Of a stretch of 64,000 nucleotides of DNA, positions 19,785 to 28,044 are shown piece after piece (the stretch's first letter is position 1; each line of letters opens with the position of its first letter). The position numbers and the translations under genes are program-made. The notes beneath the pieces were generated by a model. That model worked only from the letters and a program-made list of their open reading frames with translations, was not told the origin of the DNA and searched no databases. Source of the DNA: an uncultured Bacteroidota bacterium (GTDB taxonomy: Bacteria > Bacteroidota > Ignavibacteria > UBA10030 > UBA6906); contig CAVOYH010000005.1 in the NCBI GenBank assembly GCA_963700635.1, positions 128,001-192,000 on the forward strand. Direction: 5' to 3'.

Positions 19785-21077
19785 ATGGAGCAGCGGATGA
19801 GAAAATGGACTCAGATGTTCTTCTTTGGGATCCTGATCTTCACCTGTTCAGCTTCAGCCCAACAATGGGTTGGGCAAATCGGCGGTGTAAGCACGGCGTT
19901 GTTTTCCGTACAGTTTATTGATTCCCTCCGCGGCTGGGCGGTTGGTGACAGCGGCATGGTTCTTCACACATGCACCGCCGGACAACAATGGACACAGCAA
20001 CTCTCAGGGGTGAACTCGGTCCTCCGAAAGGTGTTCTTTGTCGACTCCCTCTCCGGCTGGGCAGTTGGCAGCAGAGGTGTTGTTATCTACACAAAGGATG
20101 GCGGAAATACGTGGCGACAAAAGGCGATGAGCCCGAACCCTCCATATTGGGATGTTCATTTCGCGGACTCTCTTCACGGATGGATTGTTGGTGGTACTGA
20201 AACCTTTGATGGCGTTTTTGGAGTCATCTTTAGAACCACGGATGGTGGTTCGACGTGGACGGAAACAATCGCCAATGATGCCGGGGGTTTTCAAGGAGTC
20301 TTTTTTCTGGACTCACTCAGGGGTTGGGTTGTCGGTGGGAAGCGACTCTTTGACAACTTTGATCCTGACATTGTTCTTCACACGACAAACGGAGGGAACT
20401 CATGGCAGGAGCAACACACGCCAACTGATGGCCCGCTGTATCGCGTAGAATTCTCTGATTCATTGAATGGATGGGCAGGAGGATTCTCCAATCCTGGCGG
20501 CACAGTTGCGCTCCACACAACAGACGGTGGAACAACGTGGCTAGTGGTGTCATTCCAACCGGGGCCAATCGTAACCAATGAAGGTATCCTGGATATTGAA
20601 GTGACTGGGAACGATGTTGTGTGGCTTGTCCGTGTTAATTCTGTCCATCGTACGATGAATGAGGGGGCCTTGTGGCAGGAAATCAATCCGTCCGAACCAA
20701 GTGGCACGCTGGCCATTTCATTCTCTGATGGGCGTCATGGCTGGCTGGTGGGGGGGGTGGGTCATATCTGGAAGTACTCGAATCCAAGTACCGGTGTCAT
20801 CGAGGCGATTGGCGCACCTCAAGATGGGTCTCTCAGTATTTTCCCCAATCCCACAAACGGTCAGGTGACGATTCAATTTCAATCAAGGGGATCCGACCAG
20901 ACAGTTATCGAGATATATTCCCTCGTTGGACAAAGAGTCTTCCACACCTACAGGGATTCTCACACTGGTGTCAATACTGTTGTTCTCGACCCTTCAATGT
21001 TGGGCAGCGGAGTATATTTCGCCAGAGTATGGGGACGGGATAGAATACAGTGGGGAAGATTCATCATCAATAAATAG
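19785..21077 (+). CDS. YCF48/BNR-repeat beta-propeller protein with T9SS C-terminal sorting domain
   Basis: Repeated F.DSL.GW.VG..G....T.DGG.TW units; C-terminal SIFPNPTN...SGVYF; signal peptide. Confidence 0.85.
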   Translation: MEQRMRKWTQMFFFGILIFTCSASAQQWVGQIGGVSTALFSVQFIDSLRGWAVGDSGMVLHTCTAGQQWTQQLSGVNSVLRKVFFVDSLSGWAVGSRGVVIYTKDGGNTWRQKAMSPNPPYWDVHFADSLHGWIVGGTETFDGVFGVIFRTTDGGSTWTETIANDAGGFQGVFFLDSLRGWVVGGKRLFDNFDPDIVLHTTNGGNSWQEQHTPTDGPLYRVEFSDSLNGWAGGFSNPGGTVALHTTDGGTTWLVVSFQPGPIVTNEGILDIEVTGNDVVWLVRVNSVHRTMNEGALWQEINPSEPSGTLAISFSDGRHGWLVGGVGHIWKYSNPSTGVIEAIGAPQDGSLSIFPNPTNGQVTIQFQSRGSDQTVIEIYSLVGQRVFHTYRDSHTGVNTVVLDPSMLGSGVYFARVWGRDRIQWGRFIINK

Positions 21078-21173
21078 AATCAAACTAGACGGAGGATCCT
21101 ATTGACCTGACCCCCGAAACTCGGTCCAAGATTTTGTAGACAAAAATGTTATCTTGGACCAGAAGGAGGGCAT

Positions 21174-21452
21174 ATGGGTAAGCAACGGCACACGGCAGAG
21201 CAGATTATTGCAAAGTTGCGAGAGGCGGAGGTCCTCCAGGGCAAAGGGATGTTGCTGGAGGAGGTCCTGCGGCAGATCGGGATCAGTGACGCGACGTACT
21301 ACAAGTGGCGGAAAGAGTACGGAGGGTTACGGGTCGACCAGGCGAAGCGGCTCAAGGAGCTCGAGCACGAGAACAGCCGCCTGAAGAAGGCAGTGGCCGA
21401 TCTGACGTTGGATAACATGATCCTGAAGGAAGTCAGCCGGGGAAAATATTGA
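21174..21452 (+). CDS. IS3 transposase OrfA (HTH + leucine zipper)
   Basis: EQIIAKLREAE, GISDATYYKWRKEYGG, RLKELEHENSRLKK; ends at the GGGAAAA -1 slippery site. Confidence 0.92.
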   Translation: MGKQRHTAEQIIAKLREAEVLQGKGMLLEEVLRQIGISDATYYKWRKEYGGLRVDQAKRLKELEHENSRLKKAVADLTLDNMILKEVSRGKY

Positions 21453-22295
21453 GCCCGGCCAAACGGCGCCGGGCAGCAGTTCAGGTTCAGTCAGTACTCC
21501 AGGTGTCAGAACGACGTGTCTGTCGTGCCATGGACCACCCCAGATCAACGCAGAGACGAAACCCGGTGGTCAAGTCCGATGAGGAGGCTCTGCGAAAGGA
21601 AATTGTCAAGACGGCATGTGCCTACGGGCGGTATGGGTATCGTAGGGTAACGGCACTGTTGCGGAACGGTGGGTGGAGGGTAAATCATAAGCGGGTTGAG
21701 CGGATATGGCGTCAGGAAGGGCTGAAAGTGCCCAAGCGGCAGCCCAAACGGAGAAGGTTGTGGTTGAATGATGGTTCCTGTATCCGGCTGCGACCCGAGT
21801 ATCCAAACCACGTCTGGAGCTATGATTTTGTGGCTGAGCGGACCACTGACGGAAGACCACTGCGGATGTTGAACATCATGGATGAATACACGCGGGAATG
21901 CCTCAGAATCCACATTGGACGGCAGGTCAAGGCGACAGATGTAATCTATGAATTATCTGAACTCTTCATCGAACGTGGAGCGCCGGACTACCTTAGGTCA
22001 GACAACGGATCAGAGTTTACGGCAGATCTGATTCGGGAATGGCTCGGGCGGCTCGGTGTCAAGACACTGTTCATCGAACCGGGGAGTCCCGTGGGAAAAC
22101 GGGTACATCGAGTCATTCAACGGTAAACTCAGAGACGAGCTGCTCAACGGGGAGATCTTTGACACGATCCTGGAAGCGAGAGTAGTAGCGGAGGACTGGA
22201 GGCGGCTCTACAACACAATCAGGCCACACAGCTCACTGGGCTATCGAGCACCGGCACCGGAAGCACACTCCCTACACCAGGTCGCCAATGCCTGA
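21449..22295 (+). pseudogene. IS3 transposase OrfB (DDE), broken by a +1 insertion at about 22088-22090
   Basis: WSYDF and SDNGSEF in one frame. PGSPWENGYIESFNGKLRDE is restored by deleting one C from AGTCCCGTGG. May be an assembly error. Confidence 0.85.
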
Positions 22296-22359
22296 GACAG
22301 GGAAAAAACGAACTCAACATTGGTACACGAACCGGGGGCAGGTCATTAGGAGATGATGC

Positions 22360-23121
22360 GTGCAGCCTCCTATGCAAGACACGAACGCCGAAATCAAGCT
22401 CCTGTTGGGGGCACACACGCTGAGTTCGTTTGGCAGGCGGTGTGCGGTCTTGTTGGGGGTTCTGCTCGCCATGCAATTGTCATGTAAGGATGTTGGTCTC
22501 CCTCCCGATGAGAAGAATGGTCACAATTCCCCCGAGTGCCTGAGTGATCGATACCCCATTGACACAACAAGAGTCTACCTCTTTCCACTCTCGCGAGACA
22601 CGCTCACGATCTATCCCAAGGCCATCTTCGCGCGTTTCCACCCCTGGGTAAGTGATACTTCACGGATCGTGGCGCTGGCTGCGAAGCACAACCTTCGGCT
22701 TCTACGGTATCTTTTCATGCTCGACGGCCAATTCGCCGGAGTCTTTTGTGTGACCGATGGCAGAAGGGCGGAGTACCATTTCACCCCGTGGGGAAAGCAA
22801 CCGTGGGACAACTTTGGTGCGGATTCATTGGTCGAGCACTGCTTTGGGACCTTTGATTCAGGGTACCATATTCCATACGGGACAATTGTCTTTCAGTTCG
22901 TCGATGGGACACCATCTAGCACAATCGACAGTTTGTTTGTCGCGAATGGATTACGCTTTCTATATACTGGAAATCCTACAGGTGAGCTCTATTATACACT
23001 TGTCACTCCTCGTGCAGTGAATAATCCGCTTGATTTGGCCTGCAAGTTACAATCATTGTCGTTTGTACGCTACATTAACGCTGAAATCGCCTCAGCAATG
23101 TCACCTGTTAGATGTGAGTGA
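22360..23121 (+). CDS. hypothetical lipoprotein with two similar small alpha/beta repeats
   Basis: Hydrophobic stretch ending in lipobox-like QLSC; start codon uncertain. Confidence 0.6.
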   Translation: MQPPMQDTNAEIKLLLGAHTLSSFGRRCAVLLGVLLAMQLSCKDVGLPPDEKNGHNSPECLSDRYPIDTTRVYLFPLSRDTLTIYPKAIFARFHPWVSDTSRIVALAAKHNLRLLRYLFMLDGQFAGVFCVTDGRRAEYHFTPWGKQPWDNFGADSLVEHCFGTFDSGYHIPYGTIVFQFVDGTPSSTIDSLFVANGLRFLYTGNPTGELYYTLVTPRAVNNPLDLACKLQSLSFVRYINAEIASAMSPVRCE

Positions 23122-23409
23122 AGCATTCTCGATTTTGAGATGGAGGTTGTGGCAAGTTTGCTCTGACACCTGAGCAAAAGAGATCCCAGCGGTGACAACG
23201 AAACATGTTGGACAGACGCTGACGCAGCGGCGCTCTACCAGAGCTTCCGTGAGTCTTTCACGAATTGTCAAGTCCAGCGAAACGTGCGAGTTGAACAGCT
23301 GATTGTGCAACGAGGCTGTTTTGCCAGCGAGTGTGTACGCTTCGCCGTTGCGGTTGTTCTTTGGTCAGTGAGAGGACAAACCCTCATCTGACTTGATGAG
23401 GGACTGGAT

Positions 23410-23943
23410 TCACGGGCGTTTGTCCGGCGGCGGCCCGCCCATGCCCGGCGGTGGGACGCCCCGCCCATCTTGGAGGGGGTGTGGGAGCGATAACTCCTGC
23501 AGCACCTGCTGCATGATCCGATCAAACTTCGCGGACTGCTGCTCAGCGCATATTCCCTTAATCTCCTGAAAATGTCTCAGCGTTACCAGACCGAGCTCTG
23601 ACTCGTGCCGCCCGATTTCTCTCGCCTTTGCCGTGACGAGACTGTCTGATACGCTCGGTCTTTGCACGAGCGCGAAGAAATCCCTCTTGGCATTCCTCAA
23701 TTGTTCCAGGATCTCCCGGCTTGTGCGCTGATGTGACAAGACGAGTTGATCAAACTGCTTCTGCTGTTCAGGTGAGAATTGTAATTCTTTCGCGATAAAT
23801 TCCTTCGGACTTACATCGGGCTTAGGAGGCACATCAGTCTGCCGATCTACCATCCACCAGAGCGTTCCCAGGGTCACAAGATCGATTACGATGAGCACGG
23901 CGATGATGCCGAGCAATACCTTATTCTTTCCGAAGTAGTCCAT
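23410..23943 (-). CDS. Spy/CpxP/ZraP-like periplasmic (heavy-metal) sensor protein
   Basis: N-terminal TM helix, ELQFSPEQQKQF and ICAEQQSAKFD (LTxxQ-like), Pro/Gly-rich tail. Confidence 0.78.
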   Translation of the reverse strand: MDYFGKNKVLLGIIAVLIVIDLVTLGTLWWMVDRQTDVPPKPDVSPKEFIAKELQFSPEQQKQFDQLVLSHQRTSREILEQLRNAKRDFFALVQRPSVSDSLVTAKAREIGRHESELGLVTLRHFQEIKGICAEQQSAKFDRIMQQVLQELSLPHPLQDGRGVPPPGMGGPPPDKRP

Positions 23944-23958
23944 AGAGAGTTCTCTTCT

Positions 23959-24270
23959 TTAATAGCTGTATCCGTTTGCGGTCAAGTGATATTCAGCGAC
24001 AATGCTCTGGACCGGATCTGCATTCTCCTGCATGGAAGCATGCGAACGAATTTCAACCAAGGAAAAGACATTGCCAATAATCAACAGGAGCAGCCCGGCA
24101 AGCGCCAAGCGATACGCCCGCGGCGTGAACGCCGGACGTTCGTCCCGCTGTTCCGCAATGCGCCGCATCACTTTATCGGCGAGATACGGGTTCGATTGAA
24201 CCCGGTTGATCTTCGTAAACAGGTTGAGTGTGCGTTCTGCTTCTTCATCATATTTGTCGAGAGGGTTCAT
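23959..24270 (-). CDS. putative membrane anti-sigma factor
   Basis: Small single-TM protein directly downstream of the ECF sigma gene; NPYLADKVMRRI motif. Confidence 0.65.
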   Translation of the reverse strand: MNPLDKYDEEAERTLNLFTKINRVQSNPYLADKVMRRIAEQRDERPAFTPRAYRLALAGLLLLIIGNVFSLVEIRSHASMQENADPVQSIVAEYHLTANGYSY

Positions 24271-24277
24271 ATCCGCC

Positions 24278-24910
24278 TCACAAATTGTTTTTGTAAAAAT
24301 CGAAAAGCCTCTTTTTCAGCGTCGACCGGGCCCGGAAAATGAGCGACTCGACGGACGACACGCTCACCGACATCATGTCCCCGATCTCTTTGTGACTTAA
24401 TCCTTCCACCAAGTGCATCGTCAATGCAATACGTTGGTTGTCGGGAAGCTTGTCAATGTGCCGGAACAAGACTTGCGCACGCTCCTTGTCTTCCATTTGC
24501 ACACCCGGATGGGAAAACTCGTCGGCAACATCAATGTCTTCCCCCTCTGCGCCTACAAGCGACTGCAAAAAGCCGAACCGCTTTTTCCGCTTCTTCCAGC
24601 GCAAATGGTCAAGCGACTTCGTTACTGCAATGCGATAGACCCACGTTGACAACTGTGAGTCGCCGCGAAACGACGCAAGCGAATGATGTACTTCGAGAAA
24701 CACTTCCTGGGTCACATCTTCCGCATCTTCTTTGTTGTGAAGAAATCCCAGACACGTATTGAAGACACGGTCTTGATTGTGTCCCATCCAGCTTCGGAAC
24801 ACTGCGTCTTTCTCCCTAAGGGACGTGCCGGATTTAACAATCTCAACGAGATTGCTGTCTTCAGCTGAGGCCTGTGGCGGTCCCTGATGATGTGACGTTA
24901 TCGGAGTCAA
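24278..24910 (-). CDS. ECF RNA polymerase sigma factor
   Basis: DAEDVTQEVF, FRGDSQLSTWVYRIA, LPDNQR, GLSHKEIG..M..S.SSVESLIFRAR. Start uncertain (TTG at 24910). Confidence 0.93.
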   Translation of the reverse strand: MTPITSHHQGPPQASAEDSNLVEIVKSGTSLREKDAVFRSWMGHNQDRVFNTCLGFLHNKEDAEDVTQEVFLEVHHSLASFRGDSQLSTWVYRIAVTKSLDHLRWKKRKKRFGFLQSLVGAEGEDIDVADEFSHPGVQMEDKERAQVLFRHIDKLPDNQRIALTMHLVEGLSHKEIGDMMSVSVSSVESLIFRARSTLKKRLFDFYKNNL

Positions 24911-24918
24911 AATCTTGC
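24894..24918 (-). promoter_or_regulatory. putative ECF promoter (autoregulatory orientation)
   Basis: Minus strand reads GCAAGA-N14-ACGTC, matching the motif at 25051, 25143 and 27841. Confidence 0.55.
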
Positions 24919-25050
24919 GCTGACGGATCTATGATTGCACAATGATAGTGTTTTCGACGGATATGTTGCCACCTCACTACGCATTTAGGGCCAAAACCAT
25001 GAAAAAAGGCATTAAAAAGTCACTCTGAGAAGAAATTGGCTTCCGGGAGC

Positions 25051-25075
25051 GCTGGATTTTACCCGGAATAGCGTC
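25051..25075 (+). promoter_or_regulatory. putative ECF promoter
   Basis: GCTGGA-N14-GCGTC followed by TTAAGTAATA. Confidence 0.5.
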
Positions 25076-25142
25076 TTAAGTAATAGCATCCGCCGGCAGG
25101 TAATTGTTGACTCATCGCGTTCACCGGGAACCCGATAAGGCC

Positions 25143-25167
25143 GCAAGGTTTCTCTCAATTGATCGTC
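25143..25167 (+). promoter_or_regulatory. putative ECF promoter of the ferredoxin operon
   Basis: GCAAGG-N14-TCGTC followed by AAAAGTAATA. Confidence 0.65.
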
Positions 25168-25197
25168 AAAAGTAATACGAGATGAAGAACGGAGATT

Positions 25198-25416
25198 GTG
25201 ATGTCAATTAAGAGTATTGATGGATGCATTGGATGTGGGACATGTATACAAACATGTCCTACAGATGTTATTCGTTTCGATCCAAATTCGAAAAAAGCAA
25301 TGATACAGTATCCGGAAGATTGTCAGATATGCCACTTGTGCCGTATGTATTGCCCGGTTGATGCCATCACTATTTCACCGGAGAAATCCATTCCGGTCAT
25401 AGTGTCATGGGGATAA
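25198..25416 (+). CDS. 2[4Fe-4S] ferredoxin (AprB-like)
   Basis: CIGCGTCIQTCP and CQICHLCRMYCP. Confidence 0.9.
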   Translation: MMSIKSIDGCIGCGTCIQTCPTDVIRFDPNSKKAMIQYPEDCQICHLCRMYCPVDAITISPEKSIPVIVSWG

Positions 25417-25420
25417 GATA

Positions 25421-26071
25421 ATGAATAAAGATTCAAAAATGGAATATCTGATTCCAGCAACAGGAATCCTTATCGGTCTGCCCGTGCTGTTTTGGGCATT
25501 AGGAGACTTTCCCCGTCGAACCGTTCTCAAGGAATCTCTTTCACTCCTCTTCATTCTGTCGTTTTCTCTGATGCTTGGACAGTTTTTTCTTGGCCGGGGT
25601 AACAGAAATATTGTCATGAGATTCAAAATGAGTACGGTTCTCAGATATCATAAGGTCATTGCGTATACCATTGTTGGTGTATTCTTGATGCATCCCTTTC
25701 TTATCGTGTTTCCCAGGTATTTTGAATCTGGAATTACCCCCATGGAGGCATTCACGACCATGATTACAACATATGAAAGCCTTGGTATAGTGTTCGGACT
25801 CAGTGCATGGTTCCTGTTGCTTGTGTTGGGATTAACATCTCTCCTCCGCAATAAGCTTCCACTGAAGTACAACCATTGGAGAGTCTTTCACGGCATTGTG
25901 TCTATGCTCTTTATATCAGTTGCCACGTATCATGCAATTGACCTTGGCCGTCACACAAATCTGGCTCTGTCCATGTACATGATTGTCCTGGCTGTGAGCG
26001 GAATACTGCTGCTGGTGAAGACCTATATCGTCAAACCATCGAAGGTAGGGAGTGGACATGGCCTTGAATAA
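25421..26071 (+). CDS. ferric reductase-like transmembrane (cytochrome b) protein
   Basis: About six TM helices; paired His residues (RYHK..LMHP; VFHG..TYHA); LTSLLRNKL..KYNHWR motif. Confidence 0.8.
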   Translation: MNKDSKMEYLIPATGILIGLPVLFWALGDFPRRTVLKESLSLLFILSFSLMLGQFFLGRGNRNIVMRFKMSTVLRYHKVIAYTIVGVFLMHPFLIVFPRYFESGITPMEAFTTMITTYESLGIVFGLSAWFLLLVLGLTSLLRNKLPLKYNHWRVFHGIVSMLFISVATYHAIDLGRHTNLALSMYMIVLAVSGILLLVKTYIVKPSKVGSGHGLE

Positions 26072-27821
26072 GAGTAAAGACACGCACGGTTTATCCAGGC
26101 GTCAGTTCATAGCGCTTTCTGGTGGTGCGGCAGGTTTTGCGACCCTTGTTGCAATGGGTGTACCGGCAGGGTGGGCGGAAAATGAACCGGATGTTGACGT
26201 GGACGCGATGAACACAAAAGAACATAGAACAGATGTACTCGTTATCGGCGGAGGAATGGCAGGATTGTTTGCGGCAGTAAAGGCTCACGATGCGGGATCC
26301 ACAGTGATGCTCGTTTCCAAAGGTCGCCTGGGCTCGTCGGGGATGACTCCGTTTGCCAAAGGAATATTCACGTACGATCCCGTGACTGAAAAACTTAGCC
26401 TTAATGAATTTGTTGATACTGTATCCCGCTCGGCCTTAGGGACCAACAATGCGGTTTATACCAGGCAAATGGCCGAACATTCGCTGGCGCGGGTACATGA
26501 GCTACGGGAATGGGGATTTTTTGATTCACCTCTTTACAATAATTCCTTTAGCAAGCCCATTACTGACCGAAAAATCCCTGTGATGGAGAGGATTGTAATT
26601 ACACATCTCATCAAAGAAGAAGGCAGGATTGCAGGTGCTGCAGGTTTTAGCCTCGATGAATCGAGGGTTCACATCTTCAATGCGAAGAGTGTTATTCTCT
26701 GTACGGGTGCAGGTGGTTTTAAACCTAATGGCTTTCCCATCTGTGATCTGACACATGACGGCACGATTATGGCGTACAACATCGGAGCAAAAGTCACAGG
26801 CAAAGAATGGAACGACGGCCATCCGGGTCAGGCAACGAATGCCGCGGATTGTTTCGGCGGTTGGCATGGCATGTTTGAGCGAACACCAGGAACAACCGGA
26901 GTTGAGGTCCATCACGATTTGGGCGTTGATCTGAATTACAAGGCATATATTGCCGGAAACCCGGTTGAAATGGGGCGTCCGGGGCAGGGCGATGAAAATC
27001 AGGTGCAAGGCGGCCCGTATGTTCCGGCTGAATTTAGACGAAGCGGACCTCCCCCAGGGGGAAGAAATAACGGCGATGGAGGAGAAAGACCCAGAGACGG
27101 TGGTGCGCCTCCTGGAATGCGTGGAGTTCCTGTGGGTGGATCTTCTGCCGGAATGTCTATTCACAAATCGGAAGGAATTGTACCGATTAATGACAAATGC
27201 GAATCGACTATTCCAGGTTTATATGCTGCTGGTGATTCGCTGGGATCCTATATGGCAGGAGCTATTTATACCCAGGTAGGATCTTCATTGGCGGGCTCTG
27301 CCGTCCAGGGTGCTATAGCGGCAGAGGCTGCGGCTGAATATTGTAAAAACACTGAAGCAGCGACTATTTCAACTTCCCAAATCAATAGAATAGAAGAAGA
27401 GATTCTCGCTCCATTGAAAAGGGAAGCTGGGTACAGTCCCGCCTGGGTAACTCAAACATTACAGAGCGTAATGATTCCTAACTTTGTCCTCTACATCAAA
27501 AAAGAGAACATGCTCAAAGCAGCGTTATCGTACGTTGAAGAGTTGAGGGATCACCACATGCCTTTACTGAGAGCCTCCGATATGCATGAGCTACGATTAG
27601 CCCATGAAACCAGGAACATGATTACAACCGCAGAAATGAAACTTAAAGCTTCACTTATGCGAAAAGAGAGCCGCTGTAGTCATTACCGACTCGATTATCC
27701 CGATGTAGACAATACCAATTGGGAAGCGTGGATCAACATCTACAAAGATGCTGATGGTACTATGCAATTTGAAAAGCAAGCGTTTGACACCTGGCCGGAT
27801 GGTAAGAAACTCATTATCTGA
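26058..27821 (+). CDS. Tat-exported FAD-dependent oxidoreductase, SdhA/FrdA/AprA superfamily
   Basis: SRRQFI twin-arginine signal, DVLVIGGGMAG, AKSVILCTGAGG, PGLYAAGD, RKESRCSHYRLDYP. Start GTG 26052 or ATG 26058. Confidence 0.85.
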   Translation: MALNKSKDTHGLSRRQFIALSGGAAGFATLVAMGVPAGWAENEPDVDVDAMNTKEHRTDVLVIGGGMAGLFAAVKAHDAGSTVMLVSKGRLGSSGMTPFAKGIFTYDPVTEKLSLNEFVDTVSRSALGTNNAVYTRQMAEHSLARVHELREWGFFDSPLYNNSFSKPITDRKIPVMERIVITHLIKEEGRIAGAAGFSLDESRVHIFNAKSVILCTGAGGFKPNGFPICDLTHDGTIMAYNIGAKVTGKEWNDGHPGQATNAADCFGGWHGMFERTPGTTGVEVHHDLGVDLNYKAYIAGNPVEMGRPGQGDENQVQGGPYVPAEFRRSGPPPGGRNNGDGGERPRDGGAPPGMRGVPVGGSSAGMSIHKSEGIVPINDKCESTIPGLYAAGDSLGSYMAGAIYTQVGSSLAGSAVQGAIAAEAAAEYCKNTEAATISTSQINRIEEEILAPLKREAGYSPAWVTQTLQSVMIPNFVLYIKKENMLKAALSYVEELRDHHMPLLRASDMHELRLAHETRNMITTAEMKLKASLMRKESRCSHYRLDYPDVDNTNWEAWINIYKDADGTMQFEKQAFDTWPDGKKLII

Positions 27822-27840
27822 ATTGCATGAGAATATCTGC

Positions 27841-27865
27841 GCAAGGTATTTGCCATATCATCGTC
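27841..27865 (+). promoter_or_regulatory. putative ECF promoter of the CotH gene
   Basis: GCAAGG-N14-TCGTC, same boxes and spacing as the 25143 site. Confidence 0.65.
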
Positions 27866-28044
27866 TTACATAAGTGAACACGCTGACCAACGCCCGCCGG
27901 GGGGAAAGTGATTGTGATGCCAACGGACTCACAATTCCGCACTCGCTCAATTGTGATTCTGACAATGTATCGGGGCGAATGCGGCGACACGTTGTATTCG
28001 ACTACACAGAATCCATGTGCCTTCAACCAACTAAAGAGGATCCA

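Larger units (their letters stand above)
21103..22345 (+). mobile_element. IS3-family insertion sequence (about 1.24 kb)
   Basis: TG...CA ends; imperfect terminal IRs TGACCTGACCCCCG / reverse complement TGACCTGCCCCCG; orfA + orfB. No target-site duplication visible. Confidence 0.93.

Noticed and set aside
23122-23409. Integron attC site or ncRNA in the gap
   Set aside because: Only short hairpins; no RYYYAAC/GTTRRRY-bounded dyad and no integrase.
25198-27821. Dissimilatory APS reductase or succinate dehydrogenase
   Set aside because: The flavoprotein has a Tat signal and no covalent-FAD His motif, and no sat/qmo or sdhB/sdhC genes are adjacent.
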